A stretch of DNA of 64,000 bases from Paramecium tetraurelia (Eukaryota). Where the stretch lies: positions 806,001-870,000 of the forward strand of contig CT868207.1 in assembly GCA_000165425.1 (NCBI GenBank), in the 5' to 3' direction. Below the pieces are notes generated by a model, which was not told the DNA's origin, did not search any database, and was given only the letters and a program-made list of their open reading frames with translations. The position numbers and the translations under genes were made by a program. Within the stretch, counting starts at the first letter, position 1. Every line of letters begins with the position of its first letter. Shown here in pieces: positions 25,215-38,549 of this stretch.

Positions 25215-26464
25215 TCAAAAATATGAAGATAAGGTACCACCTTCTCCTTCAAAAGTTATTCCATCAATTTTTAGTTTTGGACTCTATGGATTACAAGGGG
25301 TATTTTGAAAATTCTATGGTTATTTATCCATTTTCTGAGTATTTCTCTCAGCAAATGTTTTCAGAGGAGATGTCACTTTCAAATTTGACAATTGATCCCA
25401 AATGATACCATTAAAAAATGGATGTCGTTTTAATTCAGCATATCCATCTCCCTATTTAGAAATACCAATTTCTTTACCTTCACTCCTAATCTCTCTGATG
25501 GATTAGTCTGCAAGATCTGTTTAATCAAATCTACACTTTGTGAGGACATCTTTTCAGGATACACAGGTCGATTTTCAATAATGTTTTGTGAAATCATCTT
25601 GAAGTCATTGTTTGAATCCCGAAAAGGTGTGAAACCATTGATCATCTCATAAATCATTATTCCCAAAGTCCAGATATCTACTTCATATGAATGTCCTGAC
25701 TTGTTCACTATTTCTGGTGCAAGATATTCTGCAGTCCCAGCAACCTATATAATTATTTAATATATATTTATTACAGTGTATGATTTCTCTCCATTTTCTC
25801 TTCTCATTGTTGCCAATCCAAAATCAGTCAACTTCACATGTCCAGTTGTTGTTAGTAACAAATTCTCTGGTTTTAAATCTCTATATATCACTTTTAATTT
25901 TGTATTCAAGTATTCAAGTGCCAACACTACCTCTGCTGCCACAAATTTTACAACATTCTCCGGCAACCCTGTCTTCACCTGACCCAGAATCCTATAGAAC
26001 TCTCCTCCTGCAATGTATTCCATAATAAAATATATATGGGAATTTGTTTGAAATGCGTATTTTAAACGGACAATAAAAGGGTGCTTACTTTACTTTAAAA
26101 CATTTCGTTCTAAAACAGTATTGTTTTGTAACTTGTTTTTGAATATCCTCTCCTTCTCTATTTATTTCATTGCATATATTTTATTCGTCTTTTTCTATCT
26201 CACCTTATAAACCACTCCAAAAGCTCCCTTTTTAATAGAATTCTTTATTACATATCCCAACTTATCGATTTTAATAAAGTCCTCCCTATTTACTTAACCT
26301 TTTGGTTTTTGTACTGTCAATGCGTTGCTAGTTGAGGCTAAATTTGGGCTAGTTTGCATAGGTTAGGTGGCTTTCATCTTGGTCTATTCCACTTCCTCTA
26401 CTAAAACGTTGGCAACAGAGCTTCTCTCAGAATTTACATTGCCCTTTGGACAACAATTACCCAT
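25215..26464 (-). CDS. AGC-group Ser/Thr kinase with an MGNCC acylation motif
   Basis: [21 protein letters not shown] and DIWTLG motifs plus an AGC C-tail. N-terminus MGNCCPK. Confidence 0.92.
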
Positions 26465-26958
26465 AAATATTTAATATTAGTATCAATTCAGTTTCCATAT
26501 ACATATAGTCATTAAATTACAAAGTCAATTAAATATGCAAGATTAATGGATATAAGATGGTTTCATCTGTTCAGATTAAACTAGAAATGAGAAGAAGTTA
26601 AACAGTAACTTATTATAGAATGGCTAGAATTATTGATTTCCTGATATGAATCATTTTCGATAATAATAAGCATACATATACATTACACCAATTCACACTC
26701 AAAGTTAATATTGTTCATTATTAAGCAGAAAATAATCTGAATCTGGTAAATCCAAAATAAGAAGATGATTGATTGTATAAAACCCGTTATATATATTTAT
26801 TATTCTAATTAACTTTCTTATGGATCTACACTAAATCAGCTTAGTAGATATTTTTATAGCCTATCCTACTAGGAGATTAAAATATAATAAAAAAATATGA
26901 ATTTTTATAAATAAACATTTACTCATATGAGTACATTTAATTATAATAGGTTCAAATA

Positions 26959-27743
26959 TCATTTTTTTGGCTTTTTTTCTTTTTTTATGGGCTCCAGTGG
27001 TCTCAATCCATCTTACCATTAAACAGTTGACATCTTAATTGCAGGAACAAACATGTGTTTCACACTCTGTAGATTTTTTTCATGAAACTTCATTAGGTAA
27101 GGAGGGTAATTTGAATCTGAATCAAATGCTTGATTAATTAAAGGAAATAATTACCATTATATGTAAGTTTTCCAAGTTTTCCTCCACTTATACTCACTGA
27201 TTTCTTTTTCGCCATCTCTTCCTTGTAATTAGGCAGGAATTCAGGGAAAGCATCCTTACGTTAAGTTTTTGGGACTGTAGTCCAGTTACGTTCTTTTTCA
27301 ACCAGACTTTTATCAGTTTTGGCGTAGGATCGTAGACCAGTTTCAAATTCTGCTTAACTTAAATGAGGAGTGGGACCAATTCTACCCTTCAGAAGATGAA
27401 GGACTGGAGTAGAATTGCCATTATACTTCACATCTCTTGAGAGGTGCTTGTCCTTTTAAGACTCAATCTTTTGATCTCCTCTTGAGAAAGTTTGGTTTGG
27501 TATTCTAGCCAATTTCGCTGTCATTTCTGCCTAATGTCATGATAGAGATTCTACATGATCAATATTTCTTAGTTAGAGCACAAATTCAATATCCTTTTCA
27601 GTGATGTAGGGTTCAACTAAGAAATGGCTATAGTAATTGACATTTCTAGGGATGCCATGTCTTTCTGGAGTCTTCATTGTTTGAGATTTCTCTGGTTTTT
27701 GAATAGCAGTTTGTGAAGCACTCTTAGGCAACTACTTTTTCAT
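26959..27743 (-). CDS. Hypothetical protein with repeated (F/W)xxxLR motifs, possibly axonemal
   Basis: IEFVLQLR, AEFETGLR and VQWQDGLR repeats. Introns at 27531-27554 and near 27131-27156. Confidence 0.7.
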
Positions 27744-27916
27744 TTATTATATTAAATTAATTATTCATTATTTTTGAACTATTTCAATCATAGCTTAATG
27801 AGGATATGGGTTCAATAAACATCAAACAAAATGAGTAATCAAGATAAGATCATTTCGTTATTGTTGATGAATATATATATATTTTAATATAAATTATTTT
27901 GAAAGTTAGAACTTTA

Positions 27917-29217
27917 ATGGGATCATGCTGCACCGGATCTTAAGGATAGGAGAAGAATTGTCAAATCATCTTATAAACTTAAATACAAAATACTATCATA
28001 TCTGAATACGATATTAAATACCATAAGCAAATTCAATTCATCCAAGGTAAGATTGTGAACTAAGTGTAAGCCTGTGCTAGAGGATATCTTGTGAGGAAAA
28101 GATATTAAAATCTAATACAAAAGTTGAGGAAATAGAAGATGATATCAAAAGAACAATACAATTATTCTAATGAGTTAAGTTTCAAAGACACCTTCCCATT
28201 TCAAGACCCCAAACTAACTTAAATGACTAAAAGTCAGCATCAATAAATATATCAAGTCAAGAAATTACCAAAAGTACCTGACTATTTAAGCAGTAGAATT
28301 AACAAGGTAATCTGACATTTTACTTTAATTGAAAGATTCTGTTATTATATACAAATTTTAAGTATGACACCGAAGAAGACAATAAATTTAATTTTCCAAT
28401 TTATTAATTAGATGACGGTTCCATTTACCATGGACAGTGGAAAAATGGGTAAGCAAACTAATTATTCAGTCTTAGACATGGATGTGGAAAGTAGTATTGG
28501 CAAAATGGTACCTTTTATGAAGGATATTGGGCCTTTAATATGTTTGATGGTCGAGGGAGATTGGTTCACAGCGATGGCAACATTTATGAGGGAGAATTCA
28601 GAAATGATAAAGCTTCTGGCAAAGTAATTTGATTCTTCATCTCTTTTTAGGGAATATACTATAGCATTGAAGGATTAAAATATGTAGGCGAGTGGGAAAA
28701 TGATGTGTAAAGTGGTCAAGGAATGGAGATATGGCATGATGGAACTACTTACAGTGGAGAATATAAGAATGGACTTAAAAACGGATAAGGAGTATTCAAA
28801 TGGTCGGATGGATCAATGTACACAGGATAATTCGTTGATGGTAATCTTGAAGGAGTTGGGTAATTCAAATGGGAAGATGGTAGAGTCTATGATGGATACT
28901 GGAAGAATAATTGTATGCATGGAAATGGAGTAAATTTTAATTTTAGTTTGAGTAATTTAAATGGCCAGATGGAAGGAAATATGAGGGTTAATACAATAAC
29001 GGTATCAAGGAAGGCTTAGGTCAATTCGAGTGGCCTGATGGTAGAGTAATAATAGATATCTTTATTTCTTTAGCTCTACAAAGGAGATTGGCAGAACAAT
29101 AAATAACATGGTGTTGGAATCTATTTAGGATACAATGGAATCGAAAAAGAGGGAGAATGGGCTGATGGGAAACTTGTTAGATGGAATAAAGGCAAAGCAA
29201 GAATGTCGATAATCTGA
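27917..29217 (+). CDS. MORN-repeat protein with an IQ motif and MGSCC N-terminus
   Basis: IQACARGYLVRKR and about nine YxGxWxxxxxxGxG repeats. Several tiny introns. Confidence 0.9.
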
Positions 29218-29362
29218 TGTTTATAAATTAAATTACTTTCTCAATTTTCCTATTATTTTTATATTTTCAAATTAAAATTGTTGATAAATTAATCCCAAAT
29301 GAAACATAATAATTTTAATTAAGTAAATAAATGATTTATAAAGACATATATATATTTTTTGA

Positions 29363-32300
29363 TCAATTCATAATCTCAATTTTGATAAATTAGATTTGTT
29401 TACTAAAATCGGTTCCATATTAATTTCATCTTTAACCTTAACTAACTCGTCCAAATTGCTGCTTCTATTGGGATCACCAACTGTCATGTCTAGATTAGGG
29501 TATTATTCCTTGAAATCAGTATTATCTTGAGTCTTCTTTTTTGGTTTCTTTTGGTTTTGTTATGCAAGTTAGGATTCCGCAATCAAATCATAAATATTGA
29601 GTCTATTTTCTTCTGGAATTGGTTTTACTTCAATAACTAAGGATATATATAACATTTACTTGAAAGATTATCTTGGGGCGATACCTTTTAGGTAGTACCT
29701 GTACGAATTACTGATCTTTTGAGATAGATTGCAATGGCAAGAAATCCAATTGCAATTGCAACGGCGGTGAAAATAATCCCAATTACATTGTTTCCAGTCA
29801 TCATGATAATGACTGCACCTGTGTAAATAAAAATGATGATTAAAATTAGCATTTGCTCTATGATATTGTACCATTTGACAAAGCAGGGTTCCATTTTGAT
29901 ATGAAAGCCAAGAACAAAAATTAGGATTCCAATTGAAAATAGCATTTAGTATTCAAATGAACTATCCAATGTATTAAAGAACGAACTCAAACCCATAATC
30001 AACAGTTTAGCTTAAACATATATAATGATGTAAGTGGATTTGAACTTTAAATCCAATGAATGATCGCTGAATTAGAAAGTAGGTTATAAATAAGTTGAGA
30101 GAGGATAATAAATACCGACTCCAATCAATCCTAAACCCATATAAATGTAATGCTCAGATGTTAAACATTCGACAGATGTTTCTCTAGCAAATTTGTAAGG
30201 CAGGCTACTATAATCACAAATGTAGGCATCCATGAATGTTCTCATTACTGTCATGAAAAAACCACTCAAAATGGAGATAACTCTTGGAAGAATGAATTGA
30301 ATATGAGGAAATCTAGCTAAATTGCCATTTTCATCTTGTCCAAATGTATTCTTTTGAACAGCATCTAAACTCAGGGATCCTAAGAGTCCATACAGTATGG
30401 ATACTCCCAAGGAGAAATAGAAAAAGAAGGCATAGCTGTCATAGAATGCAGATCCACTAATTGTATCTGATCCTGATACAGATGTACTACCAAACCAACC
30501 TACTTATGGGTTATATGCCACACTTGCTAAACTGTACAAATCATATATCTTAAATATTAAAGCAAGGATATTACTGGAAGTGGGTTTGAATTCAATTGAT
30601 TTCTGTTATTGATTAGCAAGGTTTTTCTCATATTCTTCAGTTGCTTCGAACAAAGTTTCAATCGTGAGTTTAGCAACTATTTTCCAATCAGGCATTTTTT
30701 ATCTTTTATGATCTAGCATTGGTTTTTTTTCAATTTTTGGTTTTGGTTGAGCAGCAGCCAAATTAGGAAAGTATTTCTCTATGATATTGACTCTTAGCCA
30801 GTCATTACAAGAATAGCAACATTTCTTATGACAAGGTAATTTCTAGGCGTATGCTGATTCGATCTCCTATCTGCCTTATTCATATTATTATTCTTTTTAT
30901 TTTTTAGACAATTTGGCAGCTCTATTTTCTGCATTATTCTAATTGATTTTAGATTGATTGGCTACCTCCTCTTAGAATACTTACTTAACTTTAATTGCAT
31001 CAAACTTTGTGAACTCTGTTTGAACAGCATTTGAAGTAAAATTCTATCTTAAAAAGGGATTATCTGAGTTTTTGTTATTTTGTAATACCTTTTTATTTGA
31101 ATATTTGAAATTAATCATTAATGTTTTCATCGAAGTGATTAATTAAGGATAGATGTGATCAAGGACCAATTGTTTCAGATTATCGAAAAGATCTCCATCA
31201 TACCCTTTGATCATGCCTTTGATCAAACCAGCAAATTAGACTTCATTCAAACTATAAGTTTAATTGACCCAGATAGTCTTGGCATACTTCTCATAATCAA
31301 TCAAATCAAAGTGCAATTCAGTCATTCTACTGAATTCCTATAAATCAGCAAAACAAATGGAAGGTTCCAATCCTTAGTCGTTATTGGCAAATTCCATAAA
31401 TACTTCATGCATAAACTCTGCAATCATTTGATCGGATGATTATAATGAGAAGTATTGATCTGACGATTTGATATTGCCTAATGCTTTATCATTTAATTTC
31501 TTTATTTGAATCTGACTCAGACTATCAGTCTTCTCACTTTTTATTTCTTAAACTGGTTTGTACTTTTGTTTGTATAGAATTTGCTTATCTTCAGGTTGAT
31601 AATCTATCTTCTTAATAAGGGTATCAGTTTCTTCTGCAATTTTATAGACAGAAGTGAACTGTGGGATCAAATCATTCATCTTTTACCCAGTATCTTCATC
31701 TAAATTAAAGAGATCTCTCAGTTTTATTATTTCAACATTTTTTTGGTTTTCTAATTCATTCATTTCTTCTAGACCACATCTACAACACAAACAGTCCATT
31801 AAGTACTTTTTGAACCCTGTCAACTCCTATTCTTTAATAATGTTCTTCTATTTATCTAACAATTCCTATTCTAATAATGTAAGATATTCTTGATATACAT
31901 TTCTACTTACCAATTTGTGATCATACTCTAACTCTGGACCATCATATTTTATTACATTGATAGGTTCTCCTTAGATTAGATTTTCTGTCAAAGATTATTT
32001 CAATTATTTCAAATCCTCTTATTTCTATTTCTTTTTTTATGTCTAATTCTTTATAGCATTCAATTTTGTATAGATAATCTATAACTTATTCAAGTATTTC
32101 ATATACAGAATACCAACAACACTTATATCACATAGAACATAGTTCTCTCTCAACATCTCCAATACTTTCTTCAAGATTTCTCTTTTCTTCCTTTCGAATT
32201 CTTCTCTATTCAATAACAATGATAAAAACAATGATGTCCCTGTCACTCCAATCATACACACAAATAACCCTAATCCAACTGCTCCTTATGCAAAGTATTA

Positions 32301-34584
32301 GAAAGTTGAATCAGAATTATTAAAAAACACTGCCATTGTAGGTACTATAACTCCAAATGGAAAAATAACACAACACCATAATAATGAGCTAACAAAGGGT
32401 TAAAAGAAATCTTCAAATGCAATTGAATGGTTTTTAATTGTCACAAGGAACTTGTACATCAGAAAACAAACTGGAACTCCGATGGCCAATGCTTCGAAAA
32501 ATATGGAAGCCCTTTCGTTTGAGGTTATCAAAGATATTGGAATAAATAAGGTTAATGGTACCAAAATACCACAACAAACTGCAGTATTTTGATAAAACCT
32601 CTTCTAAATCCTCTTTCTATTCTTCTACTCTTCCAATTTCTATAGTTCTTTTATGTCCTATGCAAATTCATAAGTGATTTCTAACGATCGATGTCCAAGT
32701 GCAATATTGATAAGCACAAATATTATTGGTGTAATGACCATAATAGCAAACATAGTTGCACCTTCTGTAACTGTTGCCGTGTTAGTTTGATCAAATATAT
32801 ACCAAAAGAAATAACTTATTATAAAGTAGGAAATTAAGAAACAGACTGAATTTATACAGAAGGCTAAATCTGTTAGATTGTAGTATTTGAACTCATCAAA
32901 TGTTGGAACAATTTGATCAGCTAATTCCTTGGCTCTTTTAATTGTTTTAAGGGATTAATAGAAAAAGTAACACAACACCATTAACAAAACTATCATTCCT
33001 ATCACAACAAAGATGTATGAGATTACTTACAAGGAAGAATATTGATATAGATTATAAAGTGGTAGGAATACTCCAATTGGAATTGCAATGAAAAAACAAA
33101 CGAATCCCAAGGAATTGATAAACAATCTTCTTTTGTCCAGTCCCATCAAAGTTAATGACAACCAAAGGATGTTCACAAACAATGGACAATAATATAGAAT
33201 TTCAGTGAAGTTGGTTATGTCCTTTTCATATTGCAAATAATCGCCCAATTTCAAGAATCCAAAGATTATTGGAGCCCCTATAACTAAAGGTACAGCTAAA
33301 TAGGTATATTATGGTTTCCTATCACTTACTGATATGAAGACTCCCAAAAATAAATAAAATGGAATGATTATTAGTTCTAATGATAAAGTAATTATTGCTG
33401 TGTAATTAACATTTGTTTTTTTCAATTCGGAGGCTAACAAAATATAAAAAATGATTTCCATTGTCAAATAAGCTGCTCCTATTGAATAAATTACAAACTT
33501 AGACATATATGTGCTTATCTGAACTAATTTTTGGGATTGCTATTGCTCTTTTTCAATTTATTATTTTAATATCTTAATCTTAATTCTATCCAAAGCTGAT
33601 TTAATAATTCCAGCTGGCCAATCAAATAATCTTGCATTGATCAATACATATGAGAATGTTATGGACACAAATATGGGAATGTATAGTGAATTAATGATGT
33701 AGTTGATGACTTTCTCAGCAGTGATTATCTCCAAACCTATCACATATGAAAATATTAAAAATCCTAACAAGTAAATTACAAATAAACACCAACCACTTGA
33801 GAATAAGGCTCCAGCTAATTAATTATACATGGTTTCCACTATCTGTTGAAGCACAGAAACAACAATGCCATTAAAAACAGAAATTATTAATACACTTAAC
33901 AACAAAACCATATCATAATTAATTGGACTATTATTCAAATTAAATACGTCAAGGAATACATAGAATAAATAAAATGCTGGCACTATGCATCCAAATACAA
34001 ACAATAATAGTAAGATTACTTGATTTTTGATTATAATTATCCTATTTGTATATTCAAATAAATTACGCTAATGTAAAACTTGTAATCATAAATCCGAATT
34101 CCGGCAATTATTAAACTATATTTAATTTAGTTGAATTCTTAACGATAATATCATCTGATTTCAAAGACTAATCATAGTTTAACTAAGTTATACAATCACA
34201 CTAGTTAAATATGTAAAATATATGCTCATATAAACAATAATTGTCAAAATATAGTAAAATGATATCTAACACATGTTGTCCATAAATGTGCAATTTTGAT
34301 TGAATTTTTATTCATAATAGATAACTTTTTGTCTAAAGCTTTCCAAAGTCTAATTAGATAAAGGTTTTCTTTGCTTTTCATCCAACAATTCTAATAATTC
34401 TGCTATTTGTGGATGATCAGGTCCTTAATATTTATATTCGACCTGATTTATAAAAAAGGATTTCTCAATTTACGGCAATCTAACTAAATGCGCTTGATTC
34501 ATACTTATTTTGTTCCAATAATGTATTCTAATCATCCTCATTTTGAATTAATGAGGAATCATTGTTTGAATTAGTTTAATTCAT
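29363..34584 (-). CDS. Very large (~1700 aa) polytopic membrane protein
   Basis: About 18 hydrophobic segments, a charged soluble domain, then a 7-8 TM module (FMDAYICD...VECLTSEH..MGLGLIGVGIYYP). Confidence 0.8.
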
Positions 34585-34781
34585 TTTTTACAATTATAAT
34601 GATAATAAATTGATATAAATTTTACTCATACGCTAAGTAAATTATTATGAGATCTGTATTTATATGAAATCATAATTTATCTAATAATTACATATCACAA
34701 CTTTGAACTTTAAATTAAATAGATATAGGCGTAATTTATACGTAATAGAATTCAGCGAAAATATATTAATTATTTAAAAAA

Positions 34782-36525
34782 ATGGGTGATCTTGTTTTGC
34801 CAGACAAGAATAAAGAGAGGGAAATTTTATAGTAATTTGACAGAATAAAAATTGGATTAGTCCTTTTATGTACGAAGATTGGCAAATTAAAAAAAATTGA
34901 TGAGAATTCTGGAATGTTATTTTCAGAGATGATAATTCATTTTATGTAAGGTGAATTAACTTTGGCAAGTGAAATTGGTGAAAAACTAAAACTAAAACAT
35001 AAATTCATATACATTTATCGTTTTTTAGCATTCTGTTACATAGAGTTGAAAAAATTTGAAGATGCTGAAACCTGCTTAAAGCAGGCTCTTCAAATAAAGC
35101 CTAAAAAATGTTAAATTTTGCTAAATTTATGTAAGAAAAATAAGAATTTTAGATGAACTATGTATGCTAAAGAATGAATATTAATAAGCATAAGATTATA
35201 TGAACTAAATCAAGAATTTAGATAGTCATCCAAATTATGATTTTTATTTAGGTAAATGGTGTTTTTAATATTGTAGGAATAACTTATTAAAAAATGAATG
35301 AACACGAAAAGGCAATTTAATGTTTCGAAATGGCTCATCAACGTTTACAAGATAAAAAGTACTTCATGGCTAAATGTAATGATCTATTCAGACTATTTAG
35401 CGGAGTCATATATAGCTCTCGAAAGATATGATGAGGCATTAGAGTGTTGCATGATAGCTTTTACTTATGAACCATGCGATAGGAATGTGCATCTAATTTT
35501 ATGTAAATACCAATTTAATTTAGAAACCTTAATTATTTTGCTTAAGATCAGTGAAGAATAACAACAAATGATGTAATTAAAGGTAGAAGAAGAAAATAAC
35601 TACACTATTGAGACATACAAAAAGAGTATAATTAATTAATATCTTTAGAGAGAGACTTAGAAGCTTAGCAAACTTAATTAATTAAGAGACAATCAAAAAT
35701 TAAGATTAAATCTAATTAAAACGAGATTAATCCAACTTAATCATAAATTAAAATAAATAAATAAAATCAATAAATCGTGTAGTATTTGGATGCTATTTAT
35801 TACACATTTACTAACTTTTTTTCTTTATACATTCACGCTAGCTAGAATTGTTCTGCTGAAGTTGGAAAATATCTATCGACAAAATAAAATATTGAAATAT
35901 TTAATTTTACTGATATAATAAGAGAAACAATCTAAAAATGTTATCCAGATTTAAAAAACTTGAGTGCTCAAGAGATAAGTGGATTGATGATTTTATGGCA
36001 TAATAAGAAAATTAAGGATGATCAAATTGACGTCTTTTAAAATCTTTACAACATTTTTAGTAATTTAATTAACCCTACTCTGAAACAGTAACTATTTGAT
36101 AGATTCAACGAAGACTTTAATTAGAGTATTGAAAGAACTAATAAAAATAAGGACTTCCATTAATATCTTGGATAAATCAGTACGTAAGTTGAAAAATAAG
36201 GTTTTACAATTTATAAATGTAACAATATTTAATAACATGCTTAGCATTTGGCGGTTTAATAGGATTAGAGCATGCGATTATGATTTTAGGATTTTTAATA
36301 AAGTTTCCTCAATTAGCTGATGATAAAGACAGTTTTGAAAATCTGCTTTTCAGAGGACTAATGAAAGAAGATTTTTATTAGTTATTAAAATCGTAGAGTA
36401 GATTATCAGTATCGCTAAAGCTAAATTAGGTTTATCTTTCAAATATTTCATAGTAATCACAATAGTTGGAAGGACTTGAATAATCAGTTTGTAGTGATTC
36501 GAACTTCCTTTCTAAGTTTTAGTGA
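34782..36525 (+). CDS. TPR-repeat protein
   Basis: YRFLAFCYIELKKFEDAETCLKQALQIKP and AESYIALERYDEALECCMIAFTYEP. Several introns. Confidence 0.75.
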
Positions 36526-36636
36526 AAGATATAAAAAGGAAAGAATGATTATTTTATTATTAAAAATTATGAAGTTAAAATATGTTGTATTATTTTCAAT
36601 GATTTTCTGTATTATTCAATATTTAATTTATAAGTT

Positions 36637-38201
36637 ATGAGATCGAAACGTAATGCTAGAATTCTTACAAATGATAATTCAAAAGATAATATAATTGATA
36701 GCAACAGAAAGCCTTCGCCTTCAAAAATTTATATGAATGCATCAAACAACAATTAATTAATATCAGATAGCAGTTTTTAAAGGAAAGGAAGAAGCATCCC
36801 AAAGGATTGTCTAGGATTAGGAAACTCTTTTCAATGTAATAACTTATAATGATGTTAGAAAAGCTGTCACTACCGAAAAATCAAACACCAAGAATGTTGA
36901 GTAAAAGTGGAAGGGCGTATTATGACCATGAGGTATATAATTAGATGATAATTAGTTAAGAGTCCTAATTTAATTATATAACCAAAGCAAGAACAAAATA
37001 TGGAGATAGAGTGTCTGTCCCCAACTAAATAATACACAGATATCAAACTCCCATTTTTTAGTTCCCAGACTACCAATAAAAAAGAACAGACTACAAGAAG
37101 AGTGATTAAAGATGCTTCACTCAATAATAGTTAATTTACTTCAAAGGAGTCGCAAATTAAGGCATCAGATAAATCGAATATCAATAAAATCAGGAAAACA
37201 AATTATCACCAAAAATAGGAAATCAATCCTTAATTCCAGGTTTACGAGTTCAAATAAGAACTCAAAGCTCTAAGAGTAAAAAGAACAGAGTCTTTCGAAT
37301 GGTTGTAGGAAGATTCGCAAGGTTCTGAGGAGTCATCCTTTAACCAATTCAAGCAGATCAACTTAGGCACTTATTACATGGATAACTTAAGGAAGTATCT
37401 CAAGGGATTAAATTTGGAAGGGTTGTATGCCCAACTATACATCAATCACTTTGTTCAACAGTTTCATAGTCTATAACTCAGCAAGCAGTTTCTTCAGCCA
37501 GACGTTAAGGAAATAGAGCATCGTTCCATACAATTATAATAGATTAGTAATTGATGCATTTATTGAATAGAGAAGCAAAAAACGTTGGTCCTTGATTTGG
37601 ATGAAACACTAATCCATTGTAATGAGTAACCATAGATGAAATTTGATTTTAAGGTTCCCATCCAAATGCCAAATGGACAGATTCACGAAGTATACTAAAC
37701 TATATTAAAAAGGCAGGAATTAGTGTAAGACCTTTTGCTTAGTAATTTCTACAGGAATGCTCAAAACATTTCGAAGTGATGATTTTCACTGCTTCTCATC
37801 CTTTATATGCTGACAAGATTATTGACAAATTGGATCCAACCAAGAAGTGGGTCACTTGTAGATTATACAGGGAGCATTGCATATAAACATAATAGGGTAT
37901 ATATGTAAAAGATTTGAGAATTTTGAACAGAAATCTCAAGGATGTTGTTTTGATTGATAATGCTGCTTATTCTTTCGCTTACTAAATTGATAATGGTATT
38001 CCCATTATACCTTATATTGATAACGCAAAGGATAATGTATAAATTATTCTCACTTAGGAATTAATTGGTGTTATTGACTATCTGAAAGTCTTGCTTTAAA
38101 TTGAAGATGCAAGAGAGATCAATGCGAAAACATTCTTCTTGAAGTAAATCCAACAATGTCAAAGTCTTGACGAGGCCATGAGACTTCTTTTAGTGATATG
38201 A
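36637..38201 (+). CDS. CTD small phosphatase-like (NIF/SCP) phosphatase
   Basis: KTLVLDLDETLIHC, VRPFA, EVMIFTASH..YADKIIDKLDP, LYREHC, VKDLRILNR and IDNAAYSF motifs. Confidence 0.92.
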
Positions 38202-38549
38202 AAATATTTTTGACTATTACATTTTTTATATAAGATTAAAAATGAATAATATAGGATTATTGGAGTTATGTATATAAGACTGTAAGATGGGAAGAAATGG
38301 AAAATTGAAATAAAATTTAAACAGATAAATAATAATTCGATTAAGTGGTTTTGTGTGGATAGAACCAAGAGTATGTTTGAGATTCAAAATAATGCGTATT
38401 TTAAGGCTTACTTAGAATTCATAATAAGTAATTCATAGTTTTGAGTAAGTTTTAAACTATATATTTTTATAAGATGTAGTTTAAAATTTTGAATAAATTG
38501 ATTACTATATTTGGACACTAAATAATAATTAAATCTAATTAATTTAAAT

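Noticed and set aside
26465..26958. Short ORF fragments and a small hairpin (atctac..gtagat)
   Set aside because: The frames are interrupted by TGA, no homology is recognised, and the hairpin is at chance level.
38202..38549. Possible ~58-aa ORF upstream of the K+ channel
   Set aside because: Short, no homology recognised, and plausible by chance under code 6.
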